Made by a program: the position numbers and the translations under genes
Shown here: one piece after another, positions 1-14,489 of the stretch
Layout of the letters: every line of letters begins with the position of its first letter
Position numbering within the stretch: the first letter of the stretch is position 1
DNA from: Chromera velia
Taxonomy: Eukaryota
Assembly: GCA_018398765.1 (NCBI GenBank)
Contig: JAHBMJ010000380.1
Span: 1-49,006, forward strand
Direction of reading: 5' to 3'
DNA: 49,006 bases
The notes under the pieces: generated by a model
Database searches by the model: none
What the model was told of the DNA's origin: nothing
The model's input: the letters and a program-made list of their open reading frames with translations, nothing else

Positions 1-127
1 CCCCCCCCCCCCCCCCCCCCCCTCTCCCTCTTTCTCTTGCTTCTCCTCCACCCCCTAGTGCCTCCCTCCCTTCCTTTCTCCTTCGTCCCTCCCTCCCTTG
101 ATCTCTCCTTCCTTCCTCCGCCTCTCC

Positions 128-159
<32 letters not shown>

Positions 160-211
160 CTCTCTCTGTGTGTGTGTGTGTGTATGTGTGTATGTGACAG
201 TGTGCCTGTGT
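1..211. repeat. Low-complexity pyrimidine tract and (TG)n microsatellites
   Basis: Poly-C, CT-rich tract and (TG)n runs are visible directly. ORF 37..231 is a translation of this repeat. Confidence 0.9.
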
Positions 212-626
212 ATATAACACTCAAACTATAAATCTAGCTATAGATTCTTTATTTTTGTTTTAAAAAATACTAAAAATTGATTGAAAAAAAATTTTTTTCT
301 TTTAATAAATAAACTTAATTGAAGTTGAAACCTAGGTTGAAACAGTACGCTTGCGGGCTAGCTTGCGGGACCTTAGACCTGTATGTGCATGGGCCCGCAA
401 GCTAGCATTTAGGTTAGGGCCAGCTTTTACGCTAATTTAATATATGGACCGCAGGCTTAATGTTATGTTATGCTATGTTACTAGTATTTAGTATAGTATA
501 CTATACTAAGAGGATCGATAACGATAAGTAAATTCTTAGCCTGAATCTTAAGTAAAATCATTATAATTTATAAAGTATATATAAGTGCAGATGTAAGTTG
601 TATAACCTATTGTTGACATAATTAGA

Positions 627-657
<31 letters not shown>

Positions 658-1870
658 ATGTTCCCTAGGGCCTTCCCGCTATGTCTATCTAGGGCCTTCC
701 CACTATGTCTATCTGTCGCCAGAGCTAGCAGGGCGGGGCGTTCCCCAGCCTAAGCTGAGGTATCAGACCCCGCCCTCGGGGTCCGCCAGAGTCTGTTGCC
801 CTGGCCGCTTCTGCATGATTGTTCGTTGTTCAAGCTACGGCTCTGGATCCGCGTTGGCTTTCCGGCCTGAAAATCGATCTGAAACGGCATGTGATTTGGG
901 CTTCCTCGCTCTTCTTGTTTACTTTATCAATCTTCTTCTGCGGCTCCCTCCTTCCCCACCCTAACGCTCCTTCGGTCGTCTCTAAGTTATCAATTGTCTC
1001 CTCATATTCTTTTGTTAGTCTCTTGATCGCCCGCTGCCTTCCGGTGATTCCTGCATGTCTGGCCGCCAGAGCGTCTCCCTCTATGTATCCGTACCGTCCT
1101 GTACACTCCTCAAACACCCTCCGTCTGAATGACGCCCATCCCAAAAACTCATCCACTCCGGTATGACATTCATTCAACAGAAAACAGAAAAGCATCGAGT
1201 TGTCCCTTTTTCCCTTTTCTCTGTTAAGCCCTTCTCTTTCTGTAGCTGCCTTTCTGGCTCTTTCTTCCATCTTGCTGTCCTATTTCTCTTCTATCTTTCT
1301 GAACATCTCTGCTCTCTCTCTGTTAAAAACAGGACATTCTGTCACCAGATGGATTTCATCTTCCACCACCTCGATTCCCAACCACCCTTGACAGAACTGG
1401 CATATCCTTTTCTGTAACGGCACTTCTCTCCCCCCCTTACCGGAATTTTTCCCTGAGTCGCAGCCACAGCCCTGTCTCCCACCCTGCATGTTGCTCTCCT
1501 CCTGTGTTCTGATCGCAGCGCCACTCTCGTATAGTAAAAAGAGGCTCTCCCTATTCTGTTTCTGTCTATTTTCATTGTTGAGCCAACCTTTCTACCTGCT
1601 CTGTCTTCAAACAAAGAAAGGTGGAGACGGTTTCCGTTTGAGACCTTTCTATGCACGTCAGCCATCATCACTCCTGTCAGTTCTGCCTTCTCCTGACTGC
1701 TCTTCTCTCTTATGTTTCTTTCTATTCTATGTGCAAACGCCTCTCTCTTCTTCTCGTCTAGCTCATTTTTTGTTCTCTTTAGCAGCCATCTCTCTATTCT
1801 GTCCACTCTCTCGTTGACTACCCGTGTTCCTCTCTGCCCTACGCTTCCTTTTAGTCTTTCAGAGATATTC
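627..1870 (-). mobile_element. 5'-truncated, decayed non-LTR retrotransposon (LINE) 3' end
   Basis: Minus-strand ORFs 1342..1806, 1280..1489 and 830..1270 join via a frameshift and a TAG. They include RICQFCQGWLGIEVVEDEIHLVTECP, a CCHC zinc knuckle typical of LINE ORF2 C-termini, preceded by RRRATCRVGDRAVAATQGK. The element ends in an (ATCA)n tail, seen as (GATT)n at 627-657. The 5' boundary is approximate. Confidence 0.75.
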
Positions 1871-4800
1871 TCCGACTAAGTCATCATCTTAGTTATGTAT
1901 ATAATATATATAAAAAGTTTACACATAGATTCACAATGTTCCAACGTATCACTGTATGCGCAGTCTAGTCTAAAGTCTAGTGCGCAGTGCAATGCACTGA
2001 CAGAGGCAAAAGATTTGTTTATCAACGTTGAACGTCGTTGTGCAGGAAGCTGCCAGGCAGGAGTGAATCTGTATGAATGTGCACTGAAGTGCTCGATGCA
2101 GCTGTGCCTAATCCGGCCTACCTGCTGGGTCGGTCTTTGTGGCTGCATGACGTGCCTGCAGATCGCAGGATAGATCGACGCAAGTCTCAACGTAAGAGAA
2201 AGCTTGCTTGATCGGCTAAACTAAATGTTTCTTTTCTGTTGACATGCTTGCATCGACAGGGGTCCGTCCGCTCAGTTTGACCAAAGGGCCATCGATCGGC
2301 GCCACTCTTGCCTCAAACTCCCTGCACGCATCTCTCGTACAACCAAAACTGAGGTCGACCATGCAGTGCTCCTGAAATCTCCCGAACCTCCACTCTTCAT
2401 CGGCCATCGTTCACCATGGACGCACGCATTCAGGGAAAGCAACCTTAAATTCGTCATTCATTGATTGTTCTACTACCTTTCGCAGGAGCAAGACGAGCAG
2501 TAGCACGTCGAGCGTCATCTTTCATTTTCTCATCTCTTCATTCATCCGTTTCATTTGTCTCTAGAGTCAGTCACTGGTATAGACAGTCGAGCTGTCAACC
2601 AGAAAGAGGGAAGGAGAGAGTCAGTCAAAGAAGGCGTGCAAGCAAACCACTAGGTTAAACCAAAAATAGAAAAAATAAGAAAACCGAATGGAAGGTTCAG
2701 GTTTAGGAGGGAAAAGGTACGAAGAACAAAAAAAAACTCAACCACATGTGGTTGTCATTGTTCTGTCAAAGGCGCAGTGAAGAGAGAGACATCTTCACCA
2801 ACAGAAAGACGCATTCTGACAAAAAAGGCACAGCAACTACGGTTGTAGGAAAAGAGACACAGACAAAAAAGAAGAGAAGGAAGACAAAGAAAGACACCCG
2901 TGGCACACACAAAAAGAGATCTAAGGAAGAAAGGCAGACCCATGCAAAGAAGAGACACCCAACCACCCACACACCCACACCCACACCCACACACACGCAC
3001 GCACGAGGAGACGAAGAGGCAGGTAGACAGACAGCTGGGAAGGAAAGAAGGAAGGCAGATCAATCGATCGATCGAGAAGCCCATTTGGGAAGCCGCGAAG
3101 GCTGGTTCGGTTCGGTTCGGTTCAATCTTTCCCTACCTTTCCTATCACTACACGCGCACACGCACACACGCACGCACGCGCACAAATACAAACATAAACA
3201 TCGGGTGTATTGACAGCACACCTTTACGCTAAAGACATTGCCCTCCATACGGTCGAAATCACAACGATCACAGAGACAGAAAAGAAGGGGNGGGGGGGGG
3301 GGGGGAGAGAGAGAGAGAGAAATGAAGTTCGATCGACAGAAATACTCGAAAGACCCACATTCTGCCCCACAAGACGAGACGAAAAGATGTGTCTGTTTCC
3401 ACTATTGTCAGACGACAACTGATTGGCCTCAGCTCCTAACTCTTCCTGCTCATCCTCTTCTTTACGCATATGCATTGAAGGAATCTGCTGTCCTGCAAGC
3501 ACCACCACCACCTGACTCTGCCAAGCAAACGGGAAAGAGTCGTTCACAGGCGTGCAGCCAGACAGTCAGACAGACAGCAGGGTGTATCGCAGACGCGTGA
3601 GAGGAACTTTTTCCTCGGTCGTCCAGAAAGAAAAACGAACAAAAAAACAAGCAAAGCTGCTTGCTTGCTTACTAATCGCGAAGGAAGTGTCTTTGGGTCC
3701 TGGTGCACATGAAAACGTACTAAGCATGAAAAACTCATTTCATTGCACTCCAACACTTACGTGCCTGCACAATTTGTTTTAACCCTGCAGACCCCCTCCC
3801 TCATTGTTTACATCCCTCCTGGTACCTTTGAATTTGACTCTTCTCACTCTCCCCCCTCCCATCTGCACGGTTCGGACGAGCGCGTTTGTGCGACAGTGTG
3901 TGCGTCTGAACCAAGTTGGAAAATGCACACGCGAAGGGAAAGAGAGAGACGGCACAGCTTGCCAACCCTTCTTTCCTCCGCTGCTCCGGCTAGGCGCATT
4001 TTTAAAGAAGCACGTCTGTCCGCACACATTTTCTCGTTGGGCCTTATTTGTGTGAGTGTTGAACATGTGTGAAGACACGACAGGACTCGGCAAGATCGGT
4101 GTGAAGATTTTGTGCCACTTTGTTTTCCCTCCCTCGCTCCGTTCCTGTCAGTCCGGCTGGGCAAGACAGGGCATGAAACACAAAGAAAGAAAACCAATCA
4201 CAACAGTCCAACAGGAATTCAGAGAGGTCTCTCGCATCCTCAATCCCTCCCTCCCTGTTGCTATCTTCTCTGGATTGAGCGATCCTTCCATTCGTCTTCT
4301 TCTCTTCCGTTCCCTTCCTTGTTCTCCAAACAAACACAGGTGGCTGCATGTGTCGGGGTCCTTGTGATCATTCCGAGATCGCTCACGCACTTACTCGGCC
4401 ACATGCAGTGAGTGCCTGCCTTTCTTGCTTGGCGATGAGCCCGCAGTCTCGTCAACAGACGGAATCCGAAAAATGGGGGCTCACTCTTCTCTCTCTTCTC
4501 TGAATTCCGCTCGATCGCAAAACTGCATGAGGGGGGAGAGTGACTCTCTTTCTTTCTGGTCAGAAAGGAAAAGTCACTGGAAGGCGAAAACACACCTGCA
4601 TGCTTAGTGACAGAAGTCTTAGAAAAAGGGGCAGAAGGAGAAGAAGGAAGGACGGGAGGTCTCCGACCGACATGACGACATGGAGGACTGATCTGTCCGG
4701 ATTCAGGAAGGAAAGGTCAAGAGAGAGAAGGAAGGAGAAGAACCAGGACTAAGCTGGCAACGTACAAGAAGATTTCGCTCTCTTCTTTCAGCTTGAACTT

Positions 4801-6834
4801 TCTTGAACAATCGGCGATGCACAAGAAACGAATACAGAGCACACAAGAGGGCGGAAGGGCACTGGAGGAAGATGTGGGCGGGAACAGAGAAAGTGCACAA
4901 AAGAATTCAAGAGGACAGTTGGGAGAGGAGTGAGATGCATGCAAGAAGAAAGTGAGAAAAAACCCACGGATGAATGTGTGTGAGAGAGGAAAGGATAGAG
5001 GAATCAACTAGAGGACCGAGGAGGACAAATGAAGACACGACGAGAGAGAACTAACTTGACTTCTTTCATGCCAGCAGCAGGACAGGAAGGAGTCAGCACC
5101 CCACAGCAGTCTCTCTATGCTCCGATAGAACTGCCTGGGAGGGCCTGTCAGATCTGAAGATCTCACAACCCACCGGGGGTTAATGGAAAAAGAAATTAAG
5201 GGATGAGGAAGAACGGTACAGTAGGGAAACAAGCAATGTGAAAACAAATTAACTTAATAAGAAACAAGCTGACCGATCGAACTCGTATGCATGTTTTCTC
5301 TTTGGTGAGGATCTTTTCCGGTTCTTCAGAGAGCGGGCAAGCAAGCAAGAAGACCAAAATCCAAAGCCAGCCCTCGGCGGGGTGGCTGTACGGTCTTTCT
5401 CCCTCTCTGAAGCAAGGAACCAACACATCAATGAACGACGTAACGAATAATACTAGGCATAATTCTACCGCCCCTTGCCTCTTGTCGCCTTCTTCTTCTC
5501 TTTCGAAGCTTCGTGTTTGCTGTAGCTTTCCCTTCCCCAGTGCTTTTTGTGTGCTCTACAGTTCACAGCCGTGCGTGCTTCCTTCCCATCTCGTCCCTCG
5601 AGATCTGCCGTCTAACGGCATCCCCGGACTCTTGTCACATCCGCGCTTCCAACTTCTTTTACTTTCAGCCTCTCTGTCTGTCTTCTGCATTCTTTGGTGG
5701 GACGCTCTGGGTCGCGGCGTGTTTGTGACAGGGGTCACTCTCCCTGCCTGCCTGCCTCTACAGTCTGTCGGTCTGTCTGTCCGCCTTCAGTCTTCAAAAT
5801 TCTTTCTTCTTTTTACTCTCTCTCTCGATGACAGGACTTTCCTTTGCCATCTGCCGGGAACTCCGAAAAAGGACTCAAGGCAGAGAGAGAAGTAAAGAAA
5901 GAAGAACGGCCAGGTAGCTCTGATCGAGGGACAGAAGGAGTGCCCGACCAACTCGTACATTTAGAAATGGGGCTGCAAGATGCAATGGCTGACCAACTCA
6001 CAGACACGCAGGCCAGCCAGCAGGCAGCACAAACACTGTACCCACCCTCTTTTTCAATATTTTGCAGAGACCAGCCAGACAGGTCATCAACACACATCAT
6101 TGCATTCAAAACAAAGCAAGTATAGAGCAAGGCAAAAGGATCGTCAGAAGTCAGAAAAACGGAACAGAGAAAGGGCACGGCTTTCCACTCACGAGCCAGG
6201 CAAACAACTTGACCTCCCCTTTTCTCTCCTCTTCACTCAGTCTGTGAACCGCTTTTCCTTCTGCCAATGTTTTCACTGTCGGGGGATAAGAAACGAGCCT
6301 CACTGACTCTTTCCCGCCTTTCTCCTTCCCCCCGTCCCTCTCGCTGAGGACGGACGGGACGCTCCCATCGTGTTAAATCCACTATCCACCCTTCACATCT
6401 ACACACACACACACACACACGGACATGGTGCTGTACTCTCTTGACTCCCCTCCGTCTCTGTGGACCGGTGCATGATCAAATCTTCTACCAAAATGACAGT
6501 GAAAATAGAAAACGACGAAGAAATGTAAAAATAAGGGCACAGAAGTAAAGAATAGAAACAACAGATAGATAGATGGATCCGTCCAAAGACTGACTTTTCT
6601 GTCTGTCTTTTTCCCGATGTTCTCTCGAAACAGACAGCACGCGTGCGCACGTGCAGAAGAGGGCACAAAGGAGCGAAACTCGTACAGAATAGAGGGGGGG
6701 AGAAGGAAGAAGGAAAGAGAAGTTTCGTATCGAATCGGATTCATAATTGATTTTTCCTAACAAACGAAGAAAGAACATGCACCCCAAAAATCCCCCCGAT
6801 GCATCCATCCCCTCGCATGACTCCCCCTCCTAGC

Positions 6835-9129
6835 TCACTCGTGGGGGCTGTCACAGTAGTCTCCTGCCGCAAGGGAAGAAGAGGGAGCAGAACAGCAAGG
6901 AGACGAAGAAGCGGAACAAGACGACGAGTGAGAAGAAGATTGCTCTCTCACTGTTCCTCCCTGATCCCCTCCCACCCTTCTTCGAGCCCGCAATCTCTCA
7001 CGGTGTCCATTGCTACCGCATCCACCCCCACTCACAGAACCCACACCGCCTGATGATCGGGTCCCCCCACCCCCCTGGCCTTCACTTCTTCTTTCCGCAT
7101 CGGGCGATAGGGGAGCAGGACGAGACGCGTCTGTCTGAGACACACGGATTGTTGGGGCAGTGGGAGGGGGGGTTGGGAAGATTCCGTCTCCCCGTGTGCG
7201 GCTTCCGAATGGAGAAAACAGCGGAGAGAACGGAGCAGTCGCAGCTCGGCCGCTGCCAGAGCCGAGCAGGCCCACCTGAGGAGAGGCTGCAGAAAATGCA
7301 TGAGCCCCCCCGACAACGCGCCGCGCTGCTCCTCCTTCACCGGCGAGGCTGTACGCCCTCCGCCTGTCCATCTCCCCATGAAATTCCCCCCCATCCGTCC
7401 CCACGCCCACCGCACCCACCCTCGCCAAAAGCGGAGACGGAAGAATGGGGGGAGACACTTCGACAGACTGCACCTGTGCGGGTGGTGCTGTAGGAAGCAG
7501 CGGTGACCGCTGCTGCATTTGCACTGCCTGAACGGGCACCTGTCTGCCTGCTGCTGCTGCTGCTGCTGCACTCTGGGTACTTGAGGGATCCCGTGCTGGT
7601 CTACTCTGATCCCATGCAGATGCTAGGACAGAGAAGGATGGAGGCACCATCAGGGGGGGGGGCAAGGCTGCAGGGGCAGCGAAACCTCGAACGAATTCGG
7701 CTGCCCGAGCCCCAGGCTGTATCACCACGCCCACTGTGTGGGCATAACACACTTGGTGGAGTGGGTGCTGAGGTACCTCCTCATCTCTGCTGCCTCTAGG
7801 GACGTCAAGGACCAATCCGCGCATGAGCAGATTGTCACTTTCCTCTGTTTCTCCACCCCCCCCTTGGCTCACCGTCGGCCTCTGTCGACGAACAGGAAGC
7901 GGAGGGGCGGTGGTGCCGGGAGTGGACAGGAGAGGAGCTGCCATTGTGGATTTGACAGTATCGTGACGGGAGGAGCATATGTCAGGTGGGAGTGCGGTGG
8001 AGAGGGAGTGGAATCTGGAATGATCGTGGCTGTCCTCTTCACCATTGGGCTTCTTCGATAACTCTGCACATGTCTCGTGCGGTGGTGTGTGAGAACAGTC
8101 ACACGATGCCAGCATCTCCCCATACTCCTCTGTCCCCTCCTCCTCGTCCTCTGACACCTCGACCTCCTCTTCCCTGCATGACCCACAGGGAACTCCCTCC
8201 TCCCCCCCACACTCCTCTTCCTCCTCCCTCTGCCCATCTTCTTCTTCCACCCCCCCCTCCTCCTCCTCCACAGTTGGACACTCAGCGTCTCCGTCTGAGT
8301 ACCGCAAGGCCCTCTCCTTCTCCTGCTTGATTCTCCGAATTCTTTTCTTCTTCTCGTACCGAGCCCGATTCCGAGCAGCCCGCATTGCTGGTGTCGGAGG
8401 AACTGCACAAGTTCATCAATTACACACCGTCACGGACGGAGAGGGTGAAAAAAAAAAGGTGGGAGTCGGCCTTCCCCCCCTCACTGTCTGTCAAAGAGAC
8501 CAAACACTTGTGCAAGACATGGAAGAAGAGAATTGGAAAGGGCGGGAAATGCAGAAGGAGGAAACGGCAGTGGGAAAACAACGAGTACTCTGAGTTCTTG
8601 AGGGAGACTGCGGGACTGACGTGGTTTGCAGAAGTGACAGGTCACACATAGCCAGCCCCTTCGGCAACCCTGCAGAAGCACAGAGAAATTTGTATCAAGA
8701 TACCTTTGGAGTTGTGCATAAAGGAAGCAAAGCGCAGAGCAGGTGCCTTGCCGCAGCAACGGTGGCTTCACGGACCTTCCCTGAGTTCACAAAGAAGCAA
8801 GCCTTCATCGGGCAATTTCCTGCAGGCCTGTGTCCGAGAGACCCAATGCTTCCCAAGGAATGCAAAAATTTACCACACCCTGCGTTTGCGAGAACAGGAA
8901 CGCCATCATCATCAAAAAAGTAGGACTCTGGGAGGGCGGGTTCTGATCTCTGCCTCCGAGTAGTAGGTGCAGGTGGGTCCTCAGTAAAGTCTGGTCTCTC
9001 TTTCACTTCTACGAAGGTATTCTTCCTGTACAGACGCATATTTCCAAAAACGCGAAAGTCTGACGAGGACTGCTGCTGCTGGCTTGCCGCAGCAGGTACG
9101 CCAGCATCATTTTTTACCTCACTGGTCAT
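6835..9129 (-). CDS. KNTF-motif CCCH (C-x8-C-x5-C-x3-H) zinc-finger protein with a long low-complexity C-terminus (paralog A)
   Basis: Exons 9129-8776, 8669-8621 and 8402-~6835, with introns gtccgt..cag and gtcagt..cag, splice in frame. They give SIGSLGHRPAGNCPMKAC-FFVNSGKG-C-RRGWL-C-VTC-H-FCKPLPPTPAMRAARNRARYEKKKR. The N-terminus has RLYRKNTFVEV. The 3' end may splice on at GA|gtgagc (~6838) to further exons in 2200-6500, which I could not resolve. Confidence 0.8.
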
Positions 9130-9611
9130 GTCGCAGATGCGATGGACAGCCTTATAAGAGGAAGACTTCGAACGGACGACTGCAGTCAAAGAACACCATC
9201 GCTTGTCCTTTCCTTCAGGAAATCATATTTACTACGGCTTCCATGGGTGATCTGCTAGCTTCTTCTGGGGCATGGCTGGCTGTCGGCGAACTCTTTGCCG
9301 GATGTCTCATGTCAAAACGACCCCTTCTCTTCTTCGCTTCAAACATCCTTCATCAAACGTACGTACGCCGTTGAAATCTTCATGCGCAGGGCTGCCAAAA
9401 AAAAATAAATGCGGCGCGCGCACGCGCATATGTGCATGTTTGAATTTGCGGAGGCCTCGGCATGCCCGGCATTGTGGCATTGCCGTGGCCCCCGGTCGGA
9501 TCTTTCCCGCACACGCCCAAGAACAGAAAAACCGGTCGATCCACCAGACTTCCCCAACTTCCCCCTCGGAGAGGATTCCTTCGGATGAACAGTGGCCTAT
9601 TGGATATCGGA
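9130..9611. promoter_or_regulatory. Putative bidirectional promoter between CCCH gene A and RPL11
   Basis: 482 bp lie between the divergent ATGs at 9129 (-) and 9612 (+). The region contains TGCATG and GCGCGC/CACGCG-rich motifs at ~9410-9440. TGCATG is a known apicomplexan promoter motif. Function is inferred from position only. Confidence 0.5.
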
Positions 9612-12126
<2,515 letters not shown>

Positions 12127-13266
12127 GCTTGCGTTCAATCAATGAGAAGACAGGGGAGGAGAGGGAGGATCGGGCGTGGACTACTCAGATGGTCTGCACT
12201 GATTTCTCTCGCTCTGGTCCCGTCTCATGAGATCTCCGACGTGCTTTCTGCGGGGTCGACGGCGGCTTGATGACTGTCGATCGAGAGATTGATTGAGGGC
12301 CCCTCGCTGACCTAGGTGGGGAAAGTTTTCGGTCAAGCTAGACATCGATTTTCAGACAGCTGTCGCCATTGCACTTCGCTAGATCGCCACCGACTCCGAA
12401 GGCCTCCCTGAATCATATCTATGCAGTCAAAGTCCAGAAATTCCAGTATACAGAATCTTCTAGAAAGTCTTTTTTAATCGTAAGTTTGGCAGCTTACACT
12501 AAAAGAAAGCTGAAAAAAAATCTTGTCACCGTTTTTATCTAGTTTATGTCTTAACTGTGAGAAAAATTATATCGCCCTGATTAATTAAATTGATTCTAAA
12601 ATTGATTGAAGTTGCGAGTACTTATTTTACGCATGGGTTTCTTATTTTTTCTAACATTTTTTTTTTCAGTAGTTTAATATAGGGGTCTTAGTTCTATAGC
12701 TCTAATTTTGGCGACTTGGGACATATAAAAGCTTGCATTACCACTGGTCTTTTTAGATCGTCCCTCAGGCTCCACCTTAATTTGGTCCTTAAAAAATAAA
12801 ATATGTTCTTTGTCTGGAATTTTACCATGATGAATGCTAGGATGAATGCTAAGATAATATGATAAATCGAAGAGGATTTTAACCATAGATTTATATGAAG
12901 CCATCCATTTATTTATCTGCTATGGTCGGTCAAAATCCCATGACAAATAGTGCAACTATGTAGTAGTATAGACATACTCAGCCAACTGTTTTCTCTCCAA
13001 TGATTTTGACAATGAAATTATCTCTACTGAAAAGAAATAGTGCAGATATGGCATGAAGACGGAAGTAGAGCGGAGGACATGAATCAACGAGAGGGCGAGA
13101 GCAAACGAGAGAAAGAGATCGACGGGAACGAGCGAGCTATAAATAACCAGGCCTTTTGAGACTGAGAGAAAAAGACAAAGCCTGAGCGAAGGAAAAGAGG
13201 AAGAAAAAAACAGAAGAGAAAACGTGACGTACATACGCACACATACACATACACACACACAAACAC

Positions 13267-13312
<46 letters not shown>

Positions 13313-14489
13313 GAGAAACAATTTTTTGAAACGAAGACAGAAAGAAGAAAGTCTTAGAGAAAAGAGTCAATCATAGAGGTCGGGGAGGACAGAAAGGAAA
13401 GAAAAAATGATCACGTAAAGAAAAGGAGATGAAAGAGCAGCAAGAAAAAACCGAGGTTCAAACCTACAATACAAAACGTCAGACCGACAAAATCATACAG
13501 ATGCCGGGTCTCCAAACACCCACTCCAACCCTCGTCTCCCAGTGTCCGCCTGATGTTACAGTCCGATTGTTTTACCAAAAATTCACATTTATTATGTGAA
13601 TCCAACGGACTCACCGTCTCTTTTCACCACCTTCCTTTCCTTCCCGACCACGTCCAGTCACAAAAAAACACAAAGACAAAACACCCGCACCTCCCCGCGC
13701 ACTCTCCCCGTCTGTCTAGTTTGCCTGCCCCCCCCCCTCTCTATCGATCGCCTGCCTCTGGGCGTCCCGGGGCCAGTATCCTGAGGGACACAGGCTCCCT
13801 GGGGGCCACTGGAGAAGCCCAGAGACACAGCACATGAGCTCACGAACACCCTCGCAGTCCTCCACCTCAGCAACCCAGACACCACGGCTCGAGAGGACCA
13901 CAAATCACCTGCAGACGTACATAGCATCCGTTAGGCAGCGCAGCCGCACGATCGCCATGCACGCCGGATGCCGACTTTCAGGGAAGCTAAGCCGTCGGAG
14001 GGATCTTCGACGGGCAAACAGAACGGACACTTTTAGGGAGTACCATTCTCGGCTCTCTCCATGCACGGCAAGAGAAGGACCGGGGGGGAACCAATGACCA
14101 GAGAGATCCACAGATACAAAGATCCCTAGAGACACAGGCCATCACGAGGAGCAGCCCGATGCAAAACAAATCAGGGACAGGCAGTCAGAAGGAAACGTTC
14201 TTGCTGAGTTTATTTCTCTGTCTGTCCGTCTCTTAATTGTTGCGTAGTTTGAAAGAGGACGAAAATTAAAAAAAGAATGTCTCTGAATTTGTCAGTCTCC
14301 CTCCCAGTCGCTCCCAGTTGTTGCCGCTGTCACCATGTGTCCTTCTGCCGCGCATGCACACCCAAAAGCATTAAATACCTGTATGCACTGAAATATACGT
14401 TAAAGCCCACACATACACACATACACACGCACACACACACACATACAGAGAGAGAGAGAGAGAGAGAGAAAGAACAATACCAGCGGACC

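Noticed and set aside
12268..12310. TGATGA...CTGA pair downstream of RPL11 as a C/D snoRNA
   Set aside because: It spans only 43 nt, has no convincing terminal stem, and lies in the probable 3' UTR.
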